Assembly: GCA_030018435.1 (NCBI GenBank)
Contig: JASEEY010000001.1
Location: forward strand, 83,641-147,640
Source: Methanocellales archaeon
Lineage (GTDB): Archaea; Halobacteriota; UBA148; JAUWXC01
DNA length: 64,000 nucleotides
Reading direction: 5' to 3'
The position numbers and the translations under genes were made by a program. Below the pieces are notes generated by a model. The model made no database searches. It was not told where the DNA came from and saw nothing but the letters and a program-made list of their open reading frames with translations. Positions 1 through 9,250 of this stretch are shown one piece after another (position 1 is the stretch's first letter; each line of letters opens with the position of its first letter).

Positions 1-138
1 CTATGTTTTCGTCCCGCTGCAAAGGCAAATTCACGCCGGATATGGATGGAAAAACGTCGAGACCACGAAATTTAGCGACGCAAATCACTTTGAATTGGCG
101 TATGAAAACCAGGATGTCCAAATCTACAGGGTGATATA
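1..138 (+). CDS. 3' end of a polytopic membrane protein (partial; paralog of the 1146..2987 product)
   Basis: Frame 2 reads ...SDANHFELAYENQDVQIYRVIY*. This closely matches the C-terminus of the 1146..2987 product (RDANYFKNAYDYDDVQIYRVI*). Confidence 0.5.
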
Positions 139-1149
139 TTGAAGATAAAAGACAGGCAGATTCTGTTGTTCGCCGTTATATGCGCAGCACTATGGTTTAG
201 GTCTCCGATATTGGAGGGCTATATTATTCCGACATTCGGCAATACGATGTATCACGTCGGAATCATCAGAAAGACAATGGAAACGATGTACTATCCTTTG
301 TATGAATTATCGTATGGCGGAGGATTCAGACATTTTTACGTTCCAGCATACAGGCTGCTAATCGCCTCTATGGCAATAACCTCGGGTATTGATCCGATGC
401 CCCTTTCTGGCATGATGACCCTTGCCATTGCCCTTTTCATCGCCCTGATGCTCTACTCTCTTGGCCGTCGAATCTACGATAACCATTATGTTGGACTGTG
501 TGCAGCCCTCTTCTTCGTGATATCTCCTGAGCTGACGATTTTTTCATCAAGAGCGCTGCCCCAGTCGTTGGGTCTCTTCATGATCCCCTTAACGCTGTAC
601 TTTGTGCTCAGGGAGCAGAGGTTACTTAGCGTGTTAGCAGCGATGGCAACGGCTTTGACGCACCAGATGACATTGCTCGTTCTCGTGCTAACATTGCTGA
701 TATATTCTGTACTCCAGCTTAGGGATAAGAACAAATTTCTATCGGCATTTGTGCCATTACTCGCTGCCTGTGCCACGTATGGAATCTGGCAAATGTACAC
801 CATGCAAACGTTAGATATTTTCAGCATATCACAGGTCAAGTATCATGAAGGTACAGTCGTCGACTGGAAGTTATTTGCCAGGGCTGGACTCGTCGTCATT
901 CCGTTTTCCATAATCGGGTTTATTCGCACATTTCTTTCGGATCACATGCCGAGAGATCGCAAGCTTCTAATGCTATCTTGGTTCGCTGCAACTCTGTTGT
1001 TGACGAAGAACGAGTTGTTTGGCGTAAGCATATTCATGGACCGGTTCTTTACGTTCTGGGTGGAGTGTATGGTAATTTTTGCCGGTTTTGGTCTCTTTTA
1101 TTCCTTGAATTACCTCGATGGACTGTTGAATAAGGTGGGTACGAAATGA
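139..1149 (+). CDS. Polytopic integral membrane protein, GT-C-like (putative glycosyltransferase or oligosaccharyltransferase-related, family uncertain)
   Basis: 336 aa, about 9 predicted TM helices. The first-loop motif pattern resembles the downstream paralog. The stop overlaps the next start (ATGA). Confidence 0.45.
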   Translation: MKIKDRQILLFAVICAALWFRSPILEGYIIPTFGNTMYHVGIIRKTMETMYYPLYELSYGGGFRHFYVPAYRLLIASMAITSGIDPMPLSGMMTLAIALFIALMLYSLGRRIYDNHYVGLCAALFFVISPELTIFSSRALPQSLGLFMIPLTLYFVLREQRLLSVLAAMATALTHQMTLLVLVLTLLIYSVLQLRDKNKFLSAFVPLLAACATYGIWQMYTMQTLDIFSISQVKYHEGTVVDWKLFARAGLVVIPFSIIGFIRTFLSDHMPRDRKLLMLSWFAATLLLTKNELFGVSIFMDRFFTFWVECMVIFAGFGLFYSLNYLDGLLNKVGTK

Positions 1150-2987
1150 GAAAATTAGGGATGGCTGGTATTCTAGCTGGCATATTGGTGATGATGCCCC
1201 TTGGCTTCGTATCGCTACCTCTCCTAGTATTCTTCCCAGGGTTTTGCGTGTATGCGCATATGAAAAAGCGGTTTAGCATCATCGAGATGCTCGCAGCGTC
1301 CATCACGTTGTCTTTGGTGATGATTCCTCTTATCACTGTGCCCATGCGTTTTATCGGCCTAGATATGATGCAAGTAGTTCTGGGTCTATTCATTATTGGA
1401 TCGTCAGCTGGCTTGTTAAACAAAGAATTCGCAGTGCAATCCAGCAAACGTGACTACATCATCATTTTACTCGCGATAGTTGCAGCCCTGATCGTATTCT
1501 TCCCGCTTCTAAACTGCTTCACGTTCACCGCCGAAGGTCTCATGGCCAATCCAACCCATGCATCGGATTTGAATTACCATCTGTCCATCATACAGCGATA
1601 CATCAATGCGCCCCAAATACCTCCAGAAGATGCCTATCTTCCAGGATATCACATTCCATACAATTGGTTCGTGCACGTTTTTATGGGCGAGATGTGTAAG
1701 TTGACCGATATTCACCCATTCTCGATGGTTAAGATCATTTTTCCACTACTGCTATTCGCCTTGTTCCTGAACGTGTATCTTCTCGCAGAGTACATATTTG
1801 ATAAACAAGCAGCATTGTGTGCGTCTCTGATCTACATCTTCACTGGTGGTTTATCATGGCTGTACATAGCGCTATATTTTGGACGAACCGGCCTGTTCCA
1901 GGCGCTTATATACAATTTCAAGGACATGACCACGCTAAAATACGACCCGACCTTGTTATTCTATCTCATGCCTCAGACACAGGCATTTGCCCTGGTCATA
2001 ATGGCCTTTATTTTGTATATCTGGCTCGTTTCTACTACTGAAAACTCAAGAGGACTGGCTGTATTGGCAGGTGTATCCTTGGGCATTCTGGTATACTATC
2101 ATCTCATATCGGCGTTTCCGCTTTTCGTTTTAGTTGTCCTGTATATGTTATGGAGCTTAAGGGTGAGAGAAAAGTTGGAGATCAATGCGATTGTATTGAT
2201 GCTCGCCTCCTTCATTGCAGCATTCCAATTGATGCTGCTTCCACAAAACGCACCATCGCAACTTATGATTGCACACCACCCGAATGTCCTCCTTTCTACC
2301 ATCATGGCGCTAGGGGTGCTAGTGCCATTTGGCATTCTTGGAGCTTGGAAATCGCTGGGCAACAAAAAAGCGCGTGGCATATTGATTTTTGGCCTGGTGC
2401 TATTCATAATGCTGAACGTAATCACCCTGCCGCTCACCCAGAATACCTACCGCTTTCTCGTGTATCTGACCATGCCCGCTTCGATATTTTCAGGCTACTG
2501 GATACATGACCTGTACAACAGACTGTCGCCACCGAGGAGGTATCTCCCATTGCTGGCAGTACTTCTCATACTGCCTTCTACCATGATACTTGTCGGATTT
2601 TACGCAGTTGGCACATACACCCATGCAGATGCAAATGAGGTCCGAGCATTGAACTGGATTTGTGAGAATACACCAGATGATGCAGTATTCCTCGAGGAGC
2701 CATCTCACTTTCCGAGAATCCCTCTGGTGACGGGCAGGCGCATAGCATATGCAGGCCAGTTGTATATGACACAATATCACGGAGTTGATGATTGGTCAAA
2801 CGTAAATAGTCTCTTTTATGAAACAGATGCTTCCCAATTGAACAAAGACCTGCACTTAAGAGATGTTTCATATGTGTTCGTCGGGCACAGAGAGGCAAAA
2901 TATCCAATCAGCAATACCCTGCGCGATGCAAATTATTTCAAAAACGCATACGATTACGATGATGTCCAAATCTACAGGGTGATTTAA
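1146..2987 (+). CDS. Polytopic integral membrane protein with a C-terminal soluble domain, GT-C-like (DUF2206/PMT-like; function uncertain)
   Basis: 613 aa with about 12 TM helices followed by a ~130-aa hydrophilic C-terminal domain ending DVQIYRVI. This tail is shared with the upstream partial gene. Confidence 0.5.
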   Translation: MRKLGMAGILAGILVMMPLGFVSLPLLVFFPGFCVYAHMKKRFSIIEMLAASITLSLVMIPLITVPMRFIGLDMMQVVLGLFIIGSSAGLLNKEFAVQSSKRDYIIILLAIVAALIVFFPLLNCFTFTAEGLMANPTHASDLNYHLSIIQRYINAPQIPPEDAYLPGYHIPYNWFVHVFMGEMCKLTDIHPFSMVKIIFPLLLFALFLNVYLLAEYIFDKQAALCASLIYIFTGGLSWLYIALYFGRTGLFQALIYNFKDMTTLKYDPTLLFYLMPQTQAFALVIMAFILYIWLVSTTENSRGLAVLAGVSLGILVYYHLISAFPLFVLVVLYMLWSLRVREKLEINAIVLMLASFIAAFQLMLLPQNAPSQLMIAHHPNVLLSTIMALGVLVPFGILGAWKSLGNKKARGILIFGLVLFIMLNVITLPLTQNTYRFLVYLTMPASIFSGYWIHDLYNRLSPPRRYLPLLAVLLILPSTMILVGFYAVGTYTHADANEVRALNWICENTPDDAVFLEEPSHFPRIPLVTGRRIAYAGQLYMTQYHGVDDWSNVNSLFYETDASQLNKDLHLRDVSYVFVGHREAKYPISNTLRDANYFKNAYDYDDVQIYRVI

Positions 2988-3292
2988 TGGAAATAACGGC
3001 GCTCGATGCACTGAAATTCTCGATGTCGTTTGTGTACCTGCTCATACTTCCGGGCTTCAACCTATTGCGCACAGCGAATATGCTGAGCGATCTTGAAATC
3101 GAGGAAAAGATCATGGTGAGTTTTGGTCTCAGCGCCATTGTGCTGGTCTTTATATCCCTTCTTTTAAGTCTGCACCACAGCATAGGTCTGAACTTCCGCA
3201 CATTGGTCACATTTATGACTCTGTTCATCGTACTCTCAACCAAGGAAGTGATAGACTGCCCAAGGAAATTGCTGAACCGTTTGCGATACTGA
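2987..3292 (+). CDS. Small hypothetical membrane protein; may be spurious
   Basis: 101-aa hydrophobic ORF whose ATG overlaps the upstream stop. Its 3' half overlaps, in another frame, the conserved N-terminal region of the Taw1 gene. Confidence 0.25.
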   Translation: MEITALDALKFSMSFVYLLILPGFNLLRTANMLSDLEIEEKIMVSFGLSAIVLVFISLLLSLHHSIGLNFRTLVTFMTLFIVLSTKEVIDCPRKLLNRLRY

Positions 3293-3420
3293 AGAAACAA
3301 GGATATCACATCGTTGGCAGGCATAGCGCAGTCAAGCCCTGCCTCTGGCTTAAGAAATCACTCAGGAGTGAAGGTGCCTGCTATAAATCCAGGTTTTATG
3401 GCATCTCCTCTCATAGATGC

Positions 3421-4176
3421 GTGCAGATGACTCCTTCGCTGAGGTGCACGCATCGCTGCGTATTCTGCTGGCGTCCTATAGAGCTGCCCATTCCAGAACA
3501 TGGGTGGGATGCGCCTGCTCAAATCGTTGAAGGCTGCCTAGCAGAACACATGCGATTGCTGTCAGGATATGGTGGCGCTACTACGACTGACCTTCAAAAA
3601 CTGGATGAGGCGAAGAGACCAAAGCATGTAGCAATATCGCTTGCTGGCGAGCCGACGCTGTATCCCTTATTGCCAGAGTTGATAGAGGCATTTCACGAGC
3701 AGGGCATGACCACATTCGTCGTGACGAACGGAACAAATCCAGAGATGCTCACAAAGATAAAGCCAACACAACTTTACATCTCGCTTAATGCACCAGATGA
3801 AGAGATGCATAAAAAGGTGTGCAATCCCGTTGGAGATACGTGGAGTGACATCAATAAGTCGCTTGAACTCATGAATAATATAAACACTAGAACGGCAATC
3901 AGAGTCACGCTCGTCAACGGCTTGAATATGGTGAGTCCTGAGGGATACGCGAAATTGATAGAGAGGGCAGAGCCGGATTACGTGGAAGCGAAGTCCTACA
4001 TGCACCTGGGCTTTTCAAGACGAAGGCTTCCAAGAAGTGCGATGCCCTCCCATGAAATCGTGCGCTCATTTGCAGAGCGGTTGGCAGATGAACTGGGATA
4101 CAAAATCGCTGATGAAGCGGAGATAAGCAGGGTCGTGCTCTTATCTAAAAATGGCAAAGTTGAGAGGATAAAATAG
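3421..4176 (+). CDS. taw1: tRNA 4-demethylwyosine synthase Taw1/TYW1 (radical SAM)
   Basis: CTHRCVFCWR is a CxxxCxxC radical SAM motif. Upstream and in frame, the sequence QGYHIVGRHSAVKPCLWLKKSL...ACYKSRFYGISSHRC carries the conserved auxiliary-cluster cysteines. The real start is therefore upstream of 3421, around 3286, where no ATG, GTG or TTG is present. Confidence 0.8.
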   Translation: MQMTPSLRCTHRCVFCWRPIELPIPEHGWDAPAQIVEGCLAEHMRLLSGYGGATTTDLQKLDEAKRPKHVAISLAGEPTLYPLLPELIEAFHEQGMTTFVVTNGTNPEMLTKIKPTQLYISLNAPDEEMHKKVCNPVGDTWSDINKSLELMNNINTRTAIRVTLVNGLNMVSPEGYAKLIERAEPDYVEAKSYMHLGFSRRRLPRSAMPSHEIVRSFAERLADELGYKIADEAEISRVVLLSKNGKVERIK

Positions 4177-4183
4177 CAAGGCA

Positions 4184-5254
4184 TCAAGACTCTTTTTGCC
4201 CCTTCATATAGACCGTTCGTATCGGGAATGGTATCACGATGCCCTCTTTATTGTACCTCTTGTGCAACTCCTTCATGAACTCATGAGTCACCAGATACTT
4301 GTCCACGTATTCCCTTACCCTTAGAATGACGGTGAAGTTTATGCTGAAGTCGCCGAATTTGTTGTACCTTATGAACGGCTCAAACGTCTCCACACCCCCG
4401 CTCACTTTCTTCAAGACTTTCTTTGCCACATCAATCGTAACTTTCTCCACCTTCTCGAGATCGCTATCGTAACTCACACCCACATCTACAAGGCAAGACA
4501 TCTCCTTCTCCGGCAGATAATAATTCGTGACTATGGCTTGAGTAAGTCTTTTATTCGGTATGACGATGACGTTGTTTGGCAGACTTCTTATCCTGGAGGT
4601 CCTCCATCCAACGTCGACCACGTAGCCTTCCTCGCCGCTATCCAGTTTTATGTAGTCGCCAACCCTGACAGGACGGTCGGTCATGATGTAGAAGCCGGAA
4701 AAAAAGTTTGATAATGTCTCTTGCAGTGCCAGCGCGACCGCAACGCCTCCGATGCCCAGCGTTGTTAATAATGGTGTAATCGAAACACCTAAAACATCGA
4801 ATATGATCATCAAACCGATGAGATATATTACTACTTGCACAACCCTCTGAATGATGGGAGCAACGGGTTTCGTACCCTCGTGCTTCTTGGCATAGTGCTT
4901 GATGAATCCCATCAGAATCCTGGAAACGCAAAATACCGCCGCTAATACGATGAATACAAGCAGCAGGGGGTCAACGTAAACCTCAATTTCAGGGGGCAAC
5001 GCCATGTAATGAAGTACGGTCCCAACACCTATGACTACGAAAATAAATATTAAAGGCATCCTAACCGTCCTGACGATTATGTCATCCAATTTCGTCCTCG
5101 TCTTCTCAGCCAGTCTAGCGATATAGCGGTCGATTATGAGGACTAGTACATAGCCAAAAACGACGAACGATATTATAATCAGTAGGGGCACCATGTACGA
5201 TGCCAAAAGTGATGATATGGCTTCTTCCAAAACTCCTGCCATTTTATCGACCAT
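4184..5254 (-). CDS. mscS: Small-conductance mechanosensitive channel, MscS family
   Basis: N-terminal TM helices followed by the MscS beta-domain signature (…PVRVGDYIKLDSGEEGYVVDVGWRTSRIRSL...). Confidence 0.85.
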   Translation of the reverse strand: MVDKMAGVLEEAISSLLASYMVPLLIIISFVVFGYVLVLIIDRYIARLAEKTRTKLDDIIVRTVRMPLIFIFVVIGVGTVLHYMALPPEIEVYVDPLLLVFIVLAAVFCVSRILMGFIKHYAKKHEGTKPVAPIIQRVVQVVIYLIGLMIIFDVLGVSITPLLTTLGIGGVAVALALQETLSNFFSGFYIMTDRPVRVGDYIKLDSGEEGYVVDVGWRTSRIRSLPNNVIVIPNKRLTQAIVTNYYLPEKEMSCLVDVGVSYDSDLEKVEKVTIDVAKKVLKKVSGGVETFEPFIRYNKFGDFSINFTVILRVREYVDKYLVTHEFMKELHKRYNKEGIVIPFPIRTVYMKGQKES

Positions 5255-5352
5255 CTTTAATAATGTAGAGGTATTCTATGATATATCTTTCTTAATTTGA
5301 GAGCGCTATTAGAAAAAGCATATAAAACAAAACATCCAGATGGTTATTTACC

Positions 5353-6822
5353 ATGTATTCTCCAGAGAGCATTCAAAAATTGGTAAAATCCAAGCTGAGG
5401 GGGTACAAATTTTTCATCGTTTCTAACAGGGAGCCGTACATTCATATGCACACCCCCGAGGGCATAAAGTGCAAGACTCCCACTGGCGGTCTGACCGCAG
5501 CATTAGATCCGCTGATGCAGGCATGTAAGGGCACATGGATTGCAGGGGGTAGCGGAGATGCAGATCGGGAAAACGTCGATGAGCATGACAAAACGCTAGT
5601 TCCGCCCGATGATCCAAAGTATGTACTGAGAAGAGTATGGATGAGCAAAGACGAGGTGGATAAGTATTACTTTGGCTTCTCCAACCAAGTGCTCTGGCCC
5701 CTGTGTCACAATGTTTTCCATAAGCCGACCTTTGACAAATCGTTCTGGGATGGCTACAAACATTCAAACAAGTTGTTTGCGAGAGCGGTCCTGGATGAGG
5801 TAAAAGGGGAGAAGGCGTTTGTGTGGTTTCATGATTATCATCTCGCCTTAACGCCTCGAATGGTTAGAAGTAAGGCAAAAGGACAAATCGTATCTGCACA
5901 TTTCTGGCACATTCCCTGGCCTTCATGGGATGTGTTCATGACCTGCCCATGGGCAAAAGAAATATTAGAAGGGTTATTGGCAAATGACCTGATTGGATTT
6001 CATCTCAAAAGGTACTGTATAAACTTCATGGCAAGTGTCGAGAGGGCTCTTGGGGCATCAGTGGACTACAAGTCCTTTGCGATTCAATATGGCGGCAGGA
6101 CAATTCTCGTAAGACCTTTTCCAATTAGTATAGACTTTGATGCCATAGAAAAGTCCGCGAAAAAGCCCATCATAAAGAGGAAAATCAAGGAAATCAGATC
6201 TCCGCACTATATTCCATATGAATTCATCGGCGTTGGCGTTGACAGACTTGATTATACAAAGGGCATCATAGAGAGATTTCATGCCATAGACAGGTTTCTG
6301 GAGAAATATCCAAAATACCAGAACAACTTCGTGTACATCGAGGCCGGTGCACCGAGCAGGAGAAAAGTACCCGCATACATGAAACTGGGCGAGGATATAA
6401 CAAAGCTCGTCGAGGGTATCAACTGGAAGTATCAAAGGGGTTACTGGAAACCCATTATATACATAGAAGGAAAACTGGAATACAACAAACTTTTAGCACT
6501 GTATAGAACGGCAGATGTGTGTATAGTGAGTCCTCTCCAGGATGGAATGAATTTAGTGGCAAAGGAGTTTGTCGCCGCCAACGTTGATCGCAACGGTGTT
6601 TTAATCCTCAGTCAGTTTGCAGGAGCTACGGAGGAGCTAAAAGATGCGGTCGTCGTTAATCCGTATGATGTCGAGGGTTTCGCAGATGCGATAAAAAATG
6701 CTTTAGAAATGAGGGGCGAGGAAAAGCGAAAAAGGATGGAGAGATTGAGGGGGGTTGTGAGGGAGAATAACGTGTACAAGTGGCTGGGAGATTTTGTCTC
6801 CGAAGCCGCTAAACTCATTTAG
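5353..6822 (+). CDS. otsA: Alpha,alpha-trehalose-phosphate synthase (GT20)
   Basis: GT20 motifs GFSNQVLWPLCH, WFHDYHL and GFHL; 489 aa. Confidence 0.9.
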   Translation: MYSPESIQKLVKSKLRGYKFFIVSNREPYIHMHTPEGIKCKTPTGGLTAALDPLMQACKGTWIAGGSGDADRENVDEHDKTLVPPDDPKYVLRRVWMSKDEVDKYYFGFSNQVLWPLCHNVFHKPTFDKSFWDGYKHSNKLFARAVLDEVKGEKAFVWFHDYHLALTPRMVRSKAKGQIVSAHFWHIPWPSWDVFMTCPWAKEILEGLLANDLIGFHLKRYCINFMASVERALGASVDYKSFAIQYGGRTILVRPFPISIDFDAIEKSAKKPIIKRKIKEIRSPHYIPYEFIGVGVDRLDYTKGIIERFHAIDRFLEKYPKYQNNFVYIEAGAPSRRKVPAYMKLGEDITKLVEGINWKYQRGYWKPIIYIEGKLEYNKLLALYRTADVCIVSPLQDGMNLVAKEFVAANVDRNGVLILSQFAGATEELKDAVVVNPYDVEGFADAIKNALEMRGEEKRKRMERLRGVVRENNVYKWLGDFVSEAAKLI

Positions 6823-6829
6823 TGATCCT

Positions 6830-7627
6830 ATGGAATACCTATTTGATTGCTGGGCTTCGATCGAGTATACGCTCGGTCGTTGGAAAAGAGTGGGAGTGTT
6901 ACCGAAAATTTTGCTGTTAATGGATTATGATGGCACGCTGACGCCCATCGTTGACAGGCCCGAACTGGCGGTTTTATCAGATGATGTAAGGGATGTGCTA
7001 AAGCAGACATCAAAGCGCTATCCAACAGCCATCATAAGCGGAAGATCGCTGAAGGATATCAAAAATATGGTAAAGGTGAAAGAGATATACTATGCCGGAA
7101 ACCATGGCTTTGAGATCTCCGGACCCGAAATAGAGCTCATAAAAGATGAGGCAAAGTTAGCAAAACCAGTAATACTAAAAATATGCAACGAACTGCAAGA
7201 AAAATTATCCCATATGAACGGTGCTATCGTCGAGAACAAGGGGCTAACCGCAAGCGTTCATTACAGACTGGTTTCAAAAAATGATTTTCCGGAGTTGAAA
7301 AAGGTATTCGAGGAGTTGACAAAACCATACCTCGAGAGAGGAGACATCAAGATTACCAGTGGCAAAAAGGTGTTTGAGATCAGGCCAAACGTCGACTGGG
7401 ATAAGGGGCGAGCGGTGTTGTGGATAATGAATGCCCTCAACATTAAAGATGGCCTGGCAATCTATATGGGCGATGACAAAACAGATGAGGATGCATTTCT
7501 TGCCCTGAAAAATAAGGGGATAACCATTTTGATTTCAGAGAGGACAAAAAAATCGAATGCAAAATACTTTTTGAGAGATGTATCTGACGTCAAGGCGTTT
7601 CTGGGAAGGTTGATTTCGTTATCCTAA
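6830..7627 (+). CDS. otsB: Trehalose-6-phosphate phosphatase (HAD family)
   Basis: HAD motif LLMDYDGTL and T6PP-like C-terminal motifs (GDDKTDEDAF). An alternative upstream start at 6794 would overlap otsA. Confidence 0.85.
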   Translation: MEYLFDCWASIEYTLGRWKRVGVLPKILLLMDYDGTLTPIVDRPELAVLSDDVRDVLKQTSKRYPTAIISGRSLKDIKNMVKVKEIYYAGNHGFEISGPEIELIKDEAKLAKPVILKICNELQEKLSHMNGAIVENKGLTASVHYRLVSKNDFPELKKVFEELTKPYLERGDIKITSGKKVFEIRPNVDWDKGRAVLWIMNALNIKDGLAIYMGDDKTDEDAFLALKNKGITILISERTKKSNAKYFLRDVSDVKAFLGRLISLS

Positions 7628-8985
7628 TACTTCTGAAAATATATCCCATATTGGTTTTGTGCCCTCCGCATATTCTTTCGTTACCGTATCGAAGCCCATT
7701 TCTCCGATTGCCACCCCCTTCTCAGGATGTGAGAGCACACCAATGGCCTTCTCGGCAAGCTCTTCTGGATTTTTTGGGTCAAAAACATAGCCGTTCTCTC
7801 CTTCCACGATTAACTCTGAAACACCTGCGCCAGAGCTAATGACGGCGGGTTTCTTGTACAGCCAGGCTTCGATCACGACCAGCCCAAAGCCTTCTTGAAT
7901 CGATGGCAACACCACTACATCAGACCGCGCATATGCAGCCCTAAGCTCTTTATCGGGCAGATAACCCGTGAATATCACGTTTTCCTCTATACCGAGCCCT
8001 TTGACCAATTCTTCGAGCTTGCTCTGCCATATGGCCCCCTTATGATATCCGAGGCCCCCTCTTTTAGCACTTGTAAAGCTCCCATCACCGATCAGAAGCA
8101 GTTTCGTTTTCGGAAAACGCTTGAGAATGGCAGGCAAGGCCTTTATCGCAACATCCTGAGCCTTCATCGGCACGATTCTAGCTACGACGGATATGACGTT
8201 CTCATCTCCTATCCCGAACTCATCGCAGAATTTGTGGACCTCTGATTCTGATGGCGTGGTGAAGGCGCTCTGGTCGGTGTAGGGATATACCTGGTATGCT
8301 CTGCCTTTATAACCTGCTTTTTGGAGACTATCAAGATACTTCTTGCAACTGACGATTAGTGCATCATGATTTTGCATATGTCTGAGCACGAACTTGCGCA
8401 GATCGTCTGAGAACGATTCCACGTTCAAGGGGATGTGCCATCTGAATATCTTAGGAAATGGGGCAAGCATCGATCCCACGAGCAATTGCTGAAAGTCGTG
8501 TATATAAAACAAATCAAAGTCAATTCAAAGTCAATTTCACTATTCAGTTCCAGCATTTCCCATGCGCACAGCCAGTTGTAGAGAGAGAAATAACGGAAAT
8601 GGTCCATTTGCATCTGCTTTGGCTCGAGGTTATGCACAGCACGCCACAGTGACTCCTTGAACCTGGCAAAGCCGGAGAGCATGTGCGGATTTATCATAAC
8701 GTGATGCAGGGTTATTCCATCTGCCGTAATTGATCTCGGAGCCATCGGATTCAACACAACCCAATGGGGGTCTTTGATGATGCCCGCGGCAATGGAGTCC
8801 CTCAGAAACGGATAAACGATTCTCGACACGCCGCCAGGCGTATATTCATAATCCTCTCCCTCAGTGAACATGCTGAGCGGCGCGGGCTCGGAAAATTCAC
8901 CATACTTGCCGTACAAATCGTTAGAGTCCAGTTTGAATCTCACCAATGGCGTCTGGGAATTCACGCAGATTTTTAATTCGTGCAT
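7619..8985 (-). pseudogene. GT4 (group 1) glycosyltransferase, TreT/sucrose-synthase-like, split by an 11-bp tandem duplication
   Basis: Two minus-strand ORFs, 8425..8985 (N-terminal domain) and 7619..8512 (GT4 C-terminal domain, EGFGLVVIEA…), overlap. Deleting one copy of the perfect tandem repeat caaagtcaatt (8515..8536) joins them in frame as …NSEIDFDLFYIHDFQQLLVGS…. Confidence 0.75.
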
Positions 8986-9013
8986 GATTTAAAGGAGGAT
9001 TTGATATTTTAAA

Positions 9014-9142
9014 TCACCTTTTGCAAAACAGTTTCTTAATCTTCCCTACAATCCCCTCTGGCTTTCTGGTTTCTAATTTCTCCTCCGCCTTCACTGCCTT
9101 TGGTTTCGCGACTTTCTTCCTCTTGGTAGCTTTCTTTGCCAT
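9014..9142 (-). CDS. Small lysine-rich basic protein (42 aa), hypothetical
   Basis: MAKKATKRKKVAKPKAVKAEEKLETRKPEGIVGKIKKLFCKR. It is preceded by GGTGAGG four nucleotides before the ATG and by a TATATA element about 40 nt upstream. It is below the ORF-track size cut-off. Confidence 0.3.
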   Translation of the reverse strand: MAKKATKRKKVAKPKAVKAEEKLETRKPEGIVGKIKKLFCKR

Positions 9143-9250
9143 AAATCCTCACCCAATTTGCATTGTGTTGTTCTTGATATATAAAGACGTGAGTCAACGG
9201 CAATCAGCATAGATAAGTTAAATAAAGGCCTCAACATTCTTATGATAGGC

